This document shows positions 33,231 through 43,588 of a stretch of 47,817 nt of DNA, piece by piece. The notes below the pieces were generated by a model. The model searched no databases, was not told the origin of the DNA, and saw nothing but the letters and a program-made list of their open reading frames with translations. This DNA comes from a virus (Duplodnaviria; Caudoviricetes): the IMG/VR virus record IMGVR_UViG_3300026196_000007, positions 1 through 47,817 of that record; one strand, 5' to 3'. The position numbers and the translations under genes were made by a program. The first letter of the stretch is position 1. Every line of letters begins with the position of its first letter.

Positions 33231-34681
33231 GCCATACCCCCACGCCCCTCAGTAATACATCGCCCAGAAGAGATGTCCCACGTTATTGCGGTAGCCCGGC
33301 ACCAAACATCGACATCGCCAGGGGTACTGTAATCTGTAAACTCAATACGCTGACCCAATTTAGGGACCACCTCTATCGGAGTTTTAACCGCTATTATGGG
33401 CATCTCCAGGATTGTTTTTACGTTGCCAACCAGAATATCCTGATAGCTGTATCTTGTTGCGCAGATAGGATCAACCTGGTATCCAACTTCTGCAAAAGGA
33501 TATGTACTGTCCTTTTTCAGTTCCCAGTCTTCAATGTTTACATTAAAAGTGCGCTCTTCGTCAACTTCCCAATCGGGATCACACTCGAACTCGCCAACTT
33601 TTTTCCAGATGCTGTTATTTTCGTCCCAGCATAACACTTTTCCGGCTATGGGAGTTTTAGCAAGCGAAGATGCGTGAGTGCTATCAACAGACCTGATTTT
33701 GAACCTATCTATCTCTTTGTAAACAGAAAAGTCAAATTGCAGCCACACTTGACCAGAGGCGAATGTTCCCTCCCAGTATGTTGTGTCTGTGTACCCGCTA
33801 ACTGTAGTGTCATCTGCGTAATTATCGAATGCGCTTGACGCTGGGTGTCCGCTGATTGCACTGCTGGCGCTTGACGATCCACCAGGTGATACCTGGTCTT
33901 TCTCGTCACCATCAACGTAAAGCCTCAACTCAGCTATTGCGCATGTCGATGTTGACCCCTGGGTATCTGTAAAAAGGAACCTGTATTTTTTGATTCTTGG
34001 GCGGTATTTTGATGTGTATTCTTTATATGGTGCCGAGTAAATGTACTCTGGCTCGTACATATCAAACTCGGTCAGGTCGAGGGTGCTTCCTGCATCCTGG
34101 AGCATATTAACAAGATAGAGCGTGCTCCCCTCGATATATGCCAGGTGAGATGAGCTTGATGCCATGGTGTCGATAGCATCTGTAACCAGCGCACCATCTT
34201 CCGTGTCAAACTCTACGTAAGCAGAGCCTGCATCTGTGTCGTCCAGTGTTAATCCTAGTTGAGTAGCACACTTTGCCATTTCTGTTTTCACTGTCCCAAG
34301 GAAGGATTGCGAAGGCCATTTTTGTTCATATTGCGGCCCATAAAGGTTGAACACAGCCCTTGATCTTGTTTGTCTTCCTAGATATGCAGTGCCCTCAACC
34401 ATAACAACGGCGTCAGGCTCTCCTGTCGTTGCCGACTTAACCGAGAATGTCCACACCCGTGGAAGCGGGAATGAAACGTCTTTGAAGGCTGTCATCAACA
34501 CTTCCATATCGCCATACGATAGCCGGCAAAACCCACCATGCTCGGTAGATGGAGATATTTTCATTTCAGATATACTGGCGATATACCCATCATAAAAATG
34601 TTCGATATCGTGCCACTGGTCACTTAGATAAAGCGTTGTTGTTCCTGCTGTCAGAGTAACCAGTAACACTATGGCCTCCAC
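33227..34681 (-). CDS. Tail hub-like protein with an inserted discoidin-like domain
   Basis: Follows the tape measure; SASS..SGHPASSAFD...W...VWLQFDF. Confidence 0.65.
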   Translation of the reverse strand: MEAIVLLVTLTAGTTTLYLSDQWHDIEHFYDGYIASISEMKISPSTEHGGFCRLSYGDMEVLMTAFKDVSFPLPRVWTFSVKSATTGEPDAVVMVEGTAYLGRQTRSRAVFNLYGPQYEQKWPSQSFLGTVKTEMAKCATQLGLTLDDTDAGSAYVEFDTEDGALVTDAIDTMASSSSHLAYIEGSTLYLVNMLQDAGSTLDLTEFDMYEPEYIYSAPYKEYTSKYRPRIKKYRFLFTDTQGSTSTCAIAELRLYVDGDEKDQVSPGGSSSASSAISGHPASSAFDNYADDTTVSGYTDTTYWEGTFASGQVWLQFDFSVYKEIDRFKIRSVDSTHASSLAKTPIAGKVLCWDENNSIWKKVGEFECDPDWEVDEERTFNVNIEDWELKKDSTYPFAEVGYQVDPICATRYSYQDILVGNVKTILEMPIIAVKTPIEVVPKLGQRIEFTDYSTPGDVDVWCRATAITWDISSGRCITEGRGGMA

Positions 34682-37600
34682 ACTGTGCGCGATCCAAGCT
34701 GACCGCGTTGTGATTTTGCTACTACATGAGCATCAACTGTAGGCATTATCTGTGTGGCAATCTGCTTACCGTCAACGTAGAAATTGTTAACGACCTGCAT
34801 GTCTTTTAGAGCCAAAATATCATCGTGCATCTTCTTGAGCGTGTCAGGCCCTGCGTGTAATGGTGTTATAGCTTCCGGCTTCCCAGCCTCTCCGACAACA
34901 TGCAACCCGCCTCTTAGCGACGGGATCAACGTTGAACTGCCAAAAACACCCCCGGCAGCATGAATCCCTATCCTGCTTCCGATTGATCCACCAACATCAA
35001 ATCCACCTGCGAACTGGCTAGTATCTGTGTTTATTGCAGAGTGTGAAGCAACAGTCATCGTTGTACCCATCACATTAACCTTGATATTGAGAGGTGTATT
35101 GCTCAAGGCATTTATAGCGGTAGTCATCCCGGAAACAGCGTCAGCAGCTCCCCCTGTTGTTGCGATCAGTGCGGTGATGGCGGTGTCTGCATCGTCACTG
35201 CTTAATCCAAGGCCTTCCAGTGTCCCACGTAGTTGGCCGAGCGCCTGATGGTTACCGTTTGCGGCCCGGGCAGCAAGATCAGTAACGCTGGTAGATGTCT
35301 GCATTGATACATCATATCCAGTAGCCGAATCTAGGAACGAATCAACGCTTGCAGCGCTTCCATCCATCTGCGTTCCCAACTGAGCTATTGCGTCTCCGAA
35401 TTGGTTGGCGAGGATGTCAAGTATCCCGGCAGCCTCTCTAGTTGCGTTGGCAAAAATCTTGTTCATGTCCAGCGATACGGGGTTGATCCCCAGCGATTGA
35501 TTCCCAGGCTTGGTTGGATCTTGCGCGAATAATTGCTGATGTTTGCGGATGTCGTTTTCCTGGTCCCAGCCGTAATCTCTTGTCTGGATATTGATTCCGG
35601 TCTGCTTCCCGGTGAATATCTCCTGCGCATGGCTCGTGTCGATGAACTGTGCAGCGGTGATTACAGCGGCCAGCGCGGCCCCCCATGGACCAGCAGCAGA
35701 TAGCCCTGCAGATAGCCCTGACGTAGTTTCTGCACCAATCCCAGACACAACGGTTGTTGTTCCTGATGTGCTTGCAGCCTCGGCCGCCAAGCTTGCCTTT
35801 ATTGCTGCCAGCGCTTGAGCTGTCTGATATGATTCGTAAAGCCCCGTAACACCGTTATATAACGAATAAGCACTCAGACCACCCTGTAGTGCCGTCCCCC
35901 AGTTTGCATCACCACTGGCAATCTGTTGATATGTATTATACAGACCATACGCGCCACCGACGGCACCGAGCGCTGAACCACCAACACTGGTGATCGCTGT
36001 CGGGCCTGTGTTGGGGCCGCCGTTTATCGCTGTGGTAATTCCTGTTGTGATTTTCTGGGCCGCACCTGTCCCCCCGATCTTATTTGCAGCTGCAGATGCG
36101 AGCGAACCAACCGCTGAACTGCTCCCTCCACCTGATCCTCCGCCGCTATTACTCAGTGCGCTGACAATTCCACCGACAATTCCATCGAATCCTGACCCGC
36201 CTGAACCAGAAAAAACGCTGGCGATCTCAGATGCTGCCCACTGGAAAATAAGGTCTGCTATCCAATCCGTGAAAGCCTTGAGCATCCGGTTGAGCATCGA
36301 GTCCCAAACGTCGCCAAGAGATTCGAAGTCACCGGTAAAAATATCGTATACCCCATCACGCCAGCCGTCTCGAAGCGCTCCGAACACCTCAAACCCAACC
36401 TGCCCCATGGTGGCCATGTCATCCTGCATCGAGATTGCGCCAGCACTAAAACCATCAAAGAAATCGTTGCCAGCCTTGGCGGCTTCAACCATAGCTGCGC
36501 GCTGTTCTTTGAGCGATTCTTTTGAGTTGTAAACAGCCTCCCTGAGATTCTCTTCAGTCATTGCGCCGGATTCATTCACGGCATTAAGCGCGGCTTGCTC
36601 GTCTTGCGCTTCTTGCAGCCTCTGCGCTTTTTCTTCGAGCAGATCGTTAATAGCTTTTAAGTCTTTAGCATCTCTTGCGCCCGACTTGGCACCGTTTTTG
36701 GAAACCTCAGCAGTATATTGTGACACCGCTTCACGCGCCGCGTCGTATTGCCTTTTTGCTTCTGCTACTTTGCCATTGCTTTCCTGTAGCCGAGTCTGAA
36801 ATGCGGTTACAGCCTCCATCCCATCTGAAAACCTTTGGTCAAGGCCCACCATGACCGCACTATATTCGTCAAGCCCTGTAGTTGCATACTCCTTGTTGAG
36901 GTCTCGCATACCGTCGGCAGCGTCTTGAGCTGAATTTATCCAATCCGCTGTGGCCTGGCTGCCATCTTTTGAGGCGTCGATGTAATTCCGCATCGACGCC
37001 AGTATTTCCTGGAGCGCTGCGTTTTGTTCTGTCCTGATCGCTGTCGCGGCAGCTTTTACATTTGTTGTTAGTTTTTTATGGGATGCGCCCGCCTTGGTGC
37101 TGGCTTCTTCAAGCTTCCCCATATCATTAGATGCGGAAACATTAGACGATCCTAAATCATCAACAGAAACCACCAAATTATTAATATCAAACCCGACACC
37201 AGAAAGGCCGCCCAAGTAATCATTAACACTCTGAGTTGTGGCAATCTGGTTGTTTACCTTTTCAAGAGACTGCTCTAAATATGCAGCGCCACCGGTAGCG
37301 GCAACGTTAAGGATTGACCCGAAGTCTGTTATCTTCCCTCCAGCAGAGCTGATCTGCGACTCAAGTTCAGCAGCTTTTTTCTTGAGAGACTCAAGGTCAT
37401 CTTTTGCAGGTGTAAGCCATGCCCCTGTGTTCCAATCTCTTTTACCGGTGACGACGTCCCACATATTTTGCGAAGCATCGCCAAACTCACGAGATGTTGA
37501 AACCAAGGATCCTAGGTTGAGGTTGTATTGTTTAAGCTGCGAGTTGATTGTAGCCAGAGCAGCAGTTAAAGCAGCAGCCTGCGGACCACCTACAAGCAGC

Positions 37601-38568
37601 GCAGTCCCAATTATACCCCAGTCGCCCGATTCAAAACCAAGAAGATTACCGACTTCACCTGCCACGTTAGCAATTGGCACTACTATTCCGGCAATTTCTT
37701 CGGCAGCTTTAATGGCACCTGCCGCCATGTCTGAAAAGGTTGTAACAAGGCCGTCTCTGTTTGTTTCTAACTTTACAGCGAGATCGTCAAGGGCAGATCC
37801 GAGTGAGCGCGTTGCATCGCTTTGCTGATTAACTTGGTCGATCAGGTCCTTACCAGCATTCTTTAGGTGCGCCATCGACTGGGCGACCGTCTTCGGCATG
37901 CTCTCGGCTTCTTCTTTCAGCTTCTCTGCTGACGCTGCGAATGCGTTGTAAATTACCGCTGTGGTAAGTTTTCCCTCTTTGGCCCAGTTGCGTAACTCGC
38001 CTATGTCTATTTGCAAGTAATCTGTCAAAACCTTGACAGCCCTGGCGTTTGATTCCATTACGGATCTGAACTCATCCCCGCCTAACCGATTACTAGCCAG
38101 GGCCTGGCCGAACTGGATTGCAAACGCGGCAGCCTCTTCCGTAGACTGTCCGGCGACAACCATGCTTCGCGAAATAGCGTCGGTGAACTCTAAGGTTTGC
38201 TTTTGGGTAATGTTGAATCGTTCTGTTGAGCGGGCGACTCGGGCGAAGAGATCTGCTTGTGCCTCGTATGATGTGCGGACGTTGTTTGCGCTGGTGTAAA
38301 GAGCGGCCTGTACAGCCTCTAATTCTTCTGTGGATTCTGTAACGAGTTGGAGCTTGCCACGGAGTAGCGTGTAGGTATCTGCTATTTCGAGTATTTCACG
38401 AGCGGCACCGGCTGCGAAAACCCCGGCGAATGCGGTGCGAAGTCCAGAAAAAGAACGGGTTAACTTTTCAGTTCCCCTGGATACTTCCGACTCTGTTTTA
38501 GACCAAGCGCGGGTAAAATCTGAAGTATCGCCGCCGATGGTAATTACGATATCCGATCTACCCGCCAT
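34669..38568 (-). CDS. Tape measure protein
   Basis: 1299 aa, Ala-rich helical; QFGQALAS.RL.GDEFRSVME...EGKLT motif. Confidence 0.95.
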   Translation of the reverse strand: MAGRSDIVITIGGDTSDFTRAWSKTESEVSRGTEKLTRSFSGLRTAFAGVFAAGAAREILEIADTYTLLRGKLQLVTESTEELEAVQAALYTSANNVRTSYEAQADLFARVARSTERFNITQKQTLEFTDAISRSMVVAGQSTEEAAAFAIQFGQALASNRLGGDEFRSVMESNARAVKVLTDYLQIDIGELRNWAKEGKLTTAVIYNAFAASAEKLKEEAESMPKTVAQSMAHLKNAGKDLIDQVNQQSDATRSLGSALDDLAVKLETNRDGLVTTFSDMAAGAIKAAEEIAGIVVPIANVAGEVGNLLGFESGDWGIIGTALLVGGPQAAALTAALATINSQLKQYNLNLGSLVSTSREFGDASQNMWDVVTGKRDWNTGAWLTPAKDDLESLKKKAAELESQISSAGGKITDFGSILNVAATGGAAYLEQSLEKVNNQIATTQSVNDYLGGLSGVGFDINNLVVSVDDLGSSNVSASNDMGKLEEASTKAGASHKKLTTNVKAAATAIRTEQNAALQEILASMRNYIDASKDGSQATADWINSAQDAADGMRDLNKEYATTGLDEYSAVMVGLDQRFSDGMEAVTAFQTRLQESNGKVAEAKRQYDAAREAVSQYTAEVSKNGAKSGARDAKDLKAINDLLEEKAQRLQEAQDEQAALNAVNESGAMTEENLREAVYNSKESLKEQRAAMVEAAKAGNDFFDGFSAGAISMQDDMATMGQVGFEVFGALRDGWRDGVYDIFTGDFESLGDVWDSMLNRMLKAFTDWIADLIFQWAASEIASVFSGSGGSGFDGIVGGIVSALSNSGGGSGGGSSSAVGSLASAAANKIGGTGAAQKITTGITTAINGGPNTGPTAITSVGGSALGAVGGAYGLYNTYQQIASGDANWGTALQGGLSAYSLYNGVTGLYESYQTAQALAAIKASLAAEAASTSGTTTVVSGIGAETTSGLSAGLSAAGPWGAALAAVITAAQFIDTSHAQEIFTGKQTGINIQTRDYGWDQENDIRKHQQLFAQDPTKPGNQSLGINPVSLDMNKIFANATREAAGILDILANQFGDAIAQLGTQMDGSAASVDSFLDSATGYDVSMQTSTSVTDLAARAANGNHQALGQLRGTLEGLGLSSDDADTAITALIATTGGAADAVSGMTTAINALSNTPLNIKVNVMGTTMTVASHSAINTDTSQFAGGFDVGGSIGSRIGIHAAGGVFGSSTLIPSLRGGLHVVGEAGKPEAITPLHAGPDTLKKMHDDILALKDMQVVNNFYVDGKQIATQIMPTVDAHVVAKSQRGQLGSRTVWRP

Positions 38569-38878
38569 TGGTTATTTCCTTGTAGATTACTTCAATTTGT
38601 AAAATTCGGTCAAAATCCTCTCGGCATCCGCCAGCCGCACCGATTGCAGCCTCAATACTGGCGATTGCCAACTGACCGGTGTTCGGATCTCTCCCGGTTG
38701 TGTGTGCGTATTGCCATGCGAGCCAGGCCATTTCATTAACCGGGGCAATCTCTTCCGGCTTTGGGCAAGTGTCGCATGGGACCGGCTCTTCATCTTCTCG
38801 GCAGCCGTCTATACACTGTCTGCAACTCTTAACTCTTCCTGGGGTGAGGTACCACTCACACCAGGCTCGGAGTTTTTT
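38558..38878 (-). CDS. -1 frameshift extension of the tail assembly chaperone (gpT-like)
   Basis: Slippery A AAA AAC at 38872-38878; -1 frame open to TAG at 38558. Confidence 0.8.
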   Translation of the reverse strand, partial: KKLRAWCEWYLTPGRVKSCRQCIDGCREDEEPVPCDTCPKPEEIAPVNEMAWLAWQYAHTTGRDPNTGQLAIASIEAAIGAAGGCREDFDRILQIEVIYKEITNGG

Positions 38879-39249
38879 TCGGCTTCCTCCTCACGCTTGG
38901 AAAATGCCACTTCAGCAGCGCCTATACACAGCCAGGCCAACTCCCGGTCATATTCATAGGCCATGCGCTTATTTGATTCGTTGCAGGCGAGGACCTCTCC
39001 AGTGTCCATGTCGGTAACAGGAGATCCATCTGAACTCTCCCACGATGTTACCATTTTGCAAAAAAGTTCAGACATGAATTTCTCACGGTTTAGCTCTCCG
39101 CTTGCCTCCCCGCCCCTTCCTATAACTTTGGTGTGGCTGTCCCGGATTGCGGCTTTTTCGCTGGCCGAAATTTGGGTGACATGCAGACGTAACCCGCCTG
39201 CGTCCACGACAATATTGGTCGCTCGACTTGTCCTAATCTTAAAACCCAT
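38809..39249 (-). CDS. Tail assembly chaperone (gpG-like)
   Basis: Between tail tube and tape measure; AGGAG RBS before MGFK. Confidence 0.8.
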   Translation of the reverse strand: MGFKIRTSRATNIVVDAGGLRLHVTQISASEKAAIRDSHTKVIGRGGEASGELNREKFMSELFCKMVTSWESSDGSPVTDMDTGEVLACNESNKRMAYEYDRELAWLCIGAAEVAFSKREEEAEKNSEPGVSGTSPQEELRVADSV

Positions 39250-39325
39250 AATATCTCCTGTGGCGGTGGTTAAAATGCCCGTCAGCCCTCCACCGCCAAG
39301 GCGGAGAGCATCGGGGCAAGCAAAA

Positions 39326-40489
39326 TTATCTGAATGTGATGGTGAGCGAATCCTCGCCGACTGTGGCAAGCGCCTTGAGCCCGATTGCTGATTCAACGGT
39401 GGGGTCAGCATTTGTAAGCTTTGGAAATTCAAGCTCGGTGCGAGGCATGTTGATCTCACATATTGATCCGGCCACGTTGCCAACAATCAACGAAACATCT
39501 GCTGCCGTGTTGGTATCGCCGAAGTAAAAATCCTCAAGGTCAGCCTGGCGCAGGACCTTTGTCGCCGTTCCGTTGATATCACGCTTTGTCCCGGCATACT
39601 CAACCGGGTATGCGTCCTCTGTGATTTCTTCGATGTAGCTGATCGGATCTGTGATATCGAGCGAAAATCCTTTGAGCACTTTGTTCACAGAGTCAAAAAC
39701 CAGATATGCTTTCCGCATTTCAAGCGGTGTCCCGACTTTCGTCCCGGTTGGCAGCCATGGCCGGCAGGTGGCACCGTCAGTTAAGCCGTGCTCAAGCCCG
39801 GTTGTCAGTGTCAATTCGTCGGCGTCGTAATCAACAGACTCGATAATGTAACCTGTCGTGTTGTCGTAAACCGTTTCAGTGGTGTCGACAAACTCAACAA
39901 GAGATCCGGCTTTATACCGTTTAGCGGTTCCTGTAGCCAGGGTGATAACGTCGTCTGCAATGGTGTGTGCCCCAGACGTTAACGCTGTTCCGCACCATCC
40001 CAGCTCTGCGAATTGGCCGGAGAATGTTACCATGGCTCCACCAGCTCCAGTCTCGACAACCGGCTTCATGCTGGTTACAACACAGCCCCTGGCCCAGAGT
40101 AAAGAATCGTCAATTTTCCTATAAAGAGTGAAACTCGATTTATCAACGGTCTGCGAGTAAACAACCGATACCCCGGAATTTACCGTTTTTGCGCCCATCA
40201 ACGAAGTAAACAGTGCATCACCGTCAGGGGCAACGCCGAGTGATCCGGATGGACGAAGATACATGGGGATGGTGAACTCGCCGGGATTCCACCGGCCCTG
40301 AAAACGCTCGGTAACATCTCTGGAGTCAATAATCTCCTCGGAGTCGGCAAAGTTAGGGCTCTGCGAGATATCGACATATCCGGCTGGGACAAGAAACGCG
40401 CCTGCTACAGGTGCCTGTCTAGTTCCGGCTGTGGTTTCTATAACCGCGAATACTTCCTGCGCCCTGGGATTTTGAATAGTGGTAGCCAT
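39326..40489 (-). CDS. Major tail tube protein
   Basis: 387 aa acidic beta-rich protein at the expected syntenic position. Confidence 0.8.
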   Translation of the reverse strand: MATTIQNPRAQEVFAVIETTAGTRQAPVAGAFLVPAGYVDISQSPNFADSEEIIDSRDVTERFQGRWNPGEFTIPMYLRPSGSLGVAPDGDALFTSLMGAKTVNSGVSVVYSQTVDKSSFTLYRKIDDSLLWARGCVVTSMKPVVETGAGGAMVTFSGQFAELGWCGTALTSGAHTIADDVITLATGTAKRYKAGSLVEFVDTTETVYDNTTGYIIESVDYDADELTLTTGLEHGLTDGATCRPWLPTGTKVGTPLEMRKAYLVFDSVNKVLKGFSLDITDPISYIEEITEDAYPVEYAGTKRDINGTATKVLRQADLEDFYFGDTNTAADVSLIVGNVAGSICEINMPRTELEFPKLTNADPTVESAIGLKALATVGEDSLTITFR

Positions 40490-40500
40490 GATTCACCTCG

Positions 40501-40923
40501 TTATAAAGGGCTTCCCGGGGCTCCGGGAGTGGTTAAAACGTATACAGTATAGTTCAGGGCGATTGACCCGAACTCCTTCTCAGCCTCGTTTGACAATACC
40601 TTCTCAGTCTCTGACAAATCTGTACCGCGCGAAATACCGCTCAAATACGGATCTGCCGCAATAGCCGTCTCGATGAGAACCGCCATATTATCAAGTGCTT
40701 TGTCAACATCAGTAGATGATTTGACACGACCCTCAATAATACAATTGACCTCTCTCTGTTGCGTCTGCATGTCTGGCCGCAAGTCGCAAGCTTCTTTCTG
40801 CGTGTAGACGCAAATGCAATCAACACCTGTCGGATATACCCGCCCAGGATAAACAGGGACAGATACCGCAGCGTTCAGTATCGCCACAACCTTATCCCTA
40901 ACCTGTGTCCTGACGTGGCTCAT
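40501..40923 (-). CDS. Tail terminator protein
   Basis: MSHVRTQVRD...LD......IE.AIAAD pattern; synteny. Confidence 0.75.
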   Translation of the reverse strand: MSHVRTQVRDKVVAILNAAVSVPVYPGRVYPTGVDCICVYTQKEACDLRPDMQTQQREVNCIIEGRVKSSTDVDKALDNMAVLIETAIAADPYLSGISRGTDLSETEKVLSNEAEKEFGSIALNYTVYVLTTPGAPGSPL

Positions 40924-41228
40924 GTCCGTAATACCAACCTTGTCATGCCCGTTCCGTCCGGCTGCGGGTAAACTATGGTGTAGGTAACACCGCCAATCAC
41001 CGCAGTATCTCCGATTTCAACTGATACTACATCTGCAGTGGCGCAATCAAATACCGGCTTGAACCCGGTTGCCACTCCGGAAACATAGTTCTTGCTTCCC
41101 TGCAACAAACTCATGGGCGTGTCAATCTCAACCCAATCCTGAGACAGGATGCCTAAGACTTCGCCGTTGTTGATTGTGGCTACAACGGCGAAGTCATTCT
41201 CATCAAAGAAGGTTGTTACATCTTCCAT
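40920..41228 (-). CDS. Head-tail joining protein (gpFII-like)
   Basis: FFDENDFA...PDGTGMTRLVL. Confidence 0.75.
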   Translation of the reverse strand: MEDVTTFFDENDFAVVATINNGEVLGILSQDWVEIDTPMSLLQGSKNYVSGVATGFKPVFDCATADVVSVEIGDTAVIGGVTYTIVYPQPDGTGMTRLVLRT

Positions 41229-41617
41229 TAACCGTAATATTCCATAGCAACGGTGAACTTTCCTGCTGTCAATGCTGCAACCGCTACCGTAAGAGTCATG
41301 CCGGTCCCGGTGGTGGCAACCTTTATTGACGTGGCCGCAGTGTTAACCGGCACAGTATCAAGCAGGGCATTACTGGAAAAGCTGCCAACCGCAGTGGCCG
41401 TAAGAACGTCAGCGGCACCTACGATCTTAAGCGCTAGAGTGGCAGAACCATCACTGGTCACGGCTGTGTTGATATGTACCTTGCCGGTAGTTACAATGGC
41501 ACCAGCCGGCAGGCTATCACCACGAAGGGCAATAGCACCGACAGCGCCACCATCACGGGAAAAATCGTACTCGAAATATGCTACTTTTTTGACTGGTTCA
41601 AGTCCTTTCCTGATCAT
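41228..41617 (-). CDS. Capsid decoration/cement-like protein
   Basis: 129 aa, Ala/Thr/Val-rich, directly after the capsid gene. Confidence 0.55.
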   Translation of the reverse strand: MIRKGLEPVKKVAYFEYDFSRDGGAVGAIALRGDSLPAGAIVTTGKVHINTAVTSDGSATLALKIVGAADVLTATAVGSFSSNALLDTVPVNTAATSIKVATTGTGMTLTVAVAALTAGKFTVAMEYYG

Positions 41618-41620
41618 GAC

Positions 41621-43588
41621 TTACGCTCCTGCGTTTTTGACCATCTCTTTCGAGCTGATTGCTTTTGCTACCGCGTCGATGCGGACTTTGTACTCTACAC
41701 CGTCAACGTCCCATCCCTTCTTTTGCTCCATATACGGGGTACGGTTCCCGTTCAGGAAGAACAGTCGGACGTTCCGTCGTTTATTGGCGCTCATGAAGTA
41801 GTATGCCGTGGTGCTGGACGCATCCAACCTGGCATCGTAAACGCGGATATACTTATCCCCGCCATACGGGTTGGTGCGGGTGGTTGCTGTATCTGCAACT
41901 GCGAAGTTGTTCGAGTTGAAGAAGATTTCAGCAGCGCCCTTGATCGTCCACGGTGCGACAAAATACCGCAGCTTGACGTTGAGCAACTGTTTTGATTTGA
42001 TGTTTTTCTGAAGGCCAGCAAGTTTCTCGGCCTCGGCCAGGGTAACCTCACTGACGACAGCTGCAGTCCCAAGGTTGGCATGGGTAGCATGGAACAGCGC
42101 CACACCATCAGCCATTGCAGAGTTCGCCGTCAGCACACCATAGGCCAAATCGCCTATCTTGCGAGAACAGGACTCGCCCATGGTCATATGGGTATCAACC
42201 AACGCCCCGAGATCATCATTGATGATAACGGTTCGGGTGATTGCAGCCAGCTTGCCATAGGTTGCGATCTGGAAAGTCTCAGCCTTGTCAATACGCTCCC
42301 CGTATTTATAGCCGGTGTCGTTGACAATCTGGTCCAGGTCGTCGAACTCGCTGACCGAGGCGATTGTGTTGGTTTTGAAATCAGAAACACTGCCGGTTCC
42401 GTCTGCCCAGATTTCCCATGTCTCCTCGGCCTTGTTCCAGCCCTCAAACAGCGACTTGTTGGCCACGTTTGACATCAGGGTTGGAAGATCACTTGCAACC
42501 ATGGCCCGACCTACCATCTTCAGCGGATTCCCACCGATAGACTGGCCAGCTTTGCGCAGGCACTCTCTAGCAACTTCCTTCAGGCTGTAGCCGATAAATT
42601 CGTGGCCAGCACGTCTCGCCTCGTCCTCTTTCCATCCGACTGAGGTGATAGCGTTTGATACTCCACGCTCGCCATCAAGCGGTAGGCCTGCCCGGATGAA
42701 TAAACCAACGCCTGCGGCTGTTCGGAACTTATCAAGTTCGTCGACTCCGGTTTCAATGCGTCCTGAAGGTGAAAAACCTGGGCTGGTCTTTTCAGATCGT
42801 GCCTGGATCTCGTCAAGCACTGCTGCCCTGGCGCTATCGATGGTCACACCCGGGGTCGAAAGTATGGCAGATCGTTTCTCAACTGCAATCCCGTGCCGTT
42901 CGCATAGGTCGGTGATCTCTGTTGCCAGTTTAAAGCCTTCGGCGCGAATTGCGCCCTCGTCAACTACGGGCTCACTGCGGATCGGATCAGGGGCTGCAAC
43001 GGGAGTAACCCCGGTGTCCCCGGTTTTCTTGTCAGCCATAGGTTTCTCCAATTGCTGAATTTTAGTAGATTGCGCCTCACTGCGCATTTTTGCCAACTCA
43101 TCCGCGCCAATCGGCGTGGTACTTCCTTCTTTCGGTTTCCACTTGGTCACGACTCTTACCGGCCCAACAAAAGTGCGACCTTCAACAACCGCTGTTTGGC
43201 CTTCAGGGACAACGATGGGCTCGCCGACGTCGACTCGTCCGACACTTACATCGGTGATATGCCGCTCTTCTACCTTGAGCCAGATATCGTTTACCTCTTC
43301 TGACCGTGAGAAATGGAAATCTCCGACCAGAGTGTCGCCGGCTACTCTAAGATTGCGAACAGACCCAATAACAGAACTGGAATCACGACGGCTGTGGTTA
43401 TCGAGTAGCGGTACCTGGGAGTTTTTTGGAATCTGCGCACCGCTCATCAGGAGAACTGTTGGCAGCACCTCCCATGTGCGATAGTCCATCTCCATCACGG
43501 GATTCTCGCTCGCAAGGATTCCGCTGACAGTACGTTTTTCGCTATCCACGGTACCCATAGGGGCGGCACGATATAACATCTCAATCAT
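41621..43588 (-). CDS. Prohead protease - major capsid protein fusion
   Basis: N-terminal PLLDNH, VSVG and PIGAD protease motifs; C-terminal TYGK...ITR..IINDDLGA and VDGVEYKVRID capsid motifs. Confidence 0.88.
   Translation of the reverse strand: MIEMLYRAAPMGTVDSEKRTVSGILASENPVMEMDYRTWEVLPTVLLMSGAQIPKNSQVPLLDNHSRRDSSSVIGSVRNLRVAGDTLVGDFHFSRSEEVNDIWLKVEERHITDVSVGRVDVGEPIVVPEGQTAVVEGRTFVGPVRVVTKWKPKEGSTTPIGADELAKMRSEAQSTKIQQLEKPMADKKTGDTGVTPVAAPDPIRSEPVVDEGAIRAEGFKLATEITDLCERHGIAVEKRSAILSTPGVTIDSARAAVLDEIQARSEKTSPGFSPSGRIETGVDELDKFRTAAGVGLFIRAGLPLDGERGVSNAITSVGWKEDEARRAGHEFIGYSLKEVARECLRKAGQSIGGNPLKMVGRAMVASDLPTLMSNVANKSLFEGWNKAEETWEIWADGTGSVSDFKTNTIASVSEFDDLDQIVNDTGYKYGERIDKAETFQIATYGKLAAITRTVIINDDLGALVDTHMTMGESCSRKIGDLAYGVLTANSAMADGVALFHATHANLGTAAVVSEVTLAEAEKLAGLQKNIKSKQLLNVKLRYFVAPWTIKGAAEIFFNSNNFAVADTATTRTNPYGGDKYIRVYDARLDASSTTAYYFMSANKRRNVRLFFLNGNRTPYMEQKKGWDVDGVEYKVRIDAVAKAISSKEMVKNAGA

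Noticed and set aside
38587-38793. 68-aa ORF before the tape measure
   Set aside because: The -1 frameshift frame explains this interval better
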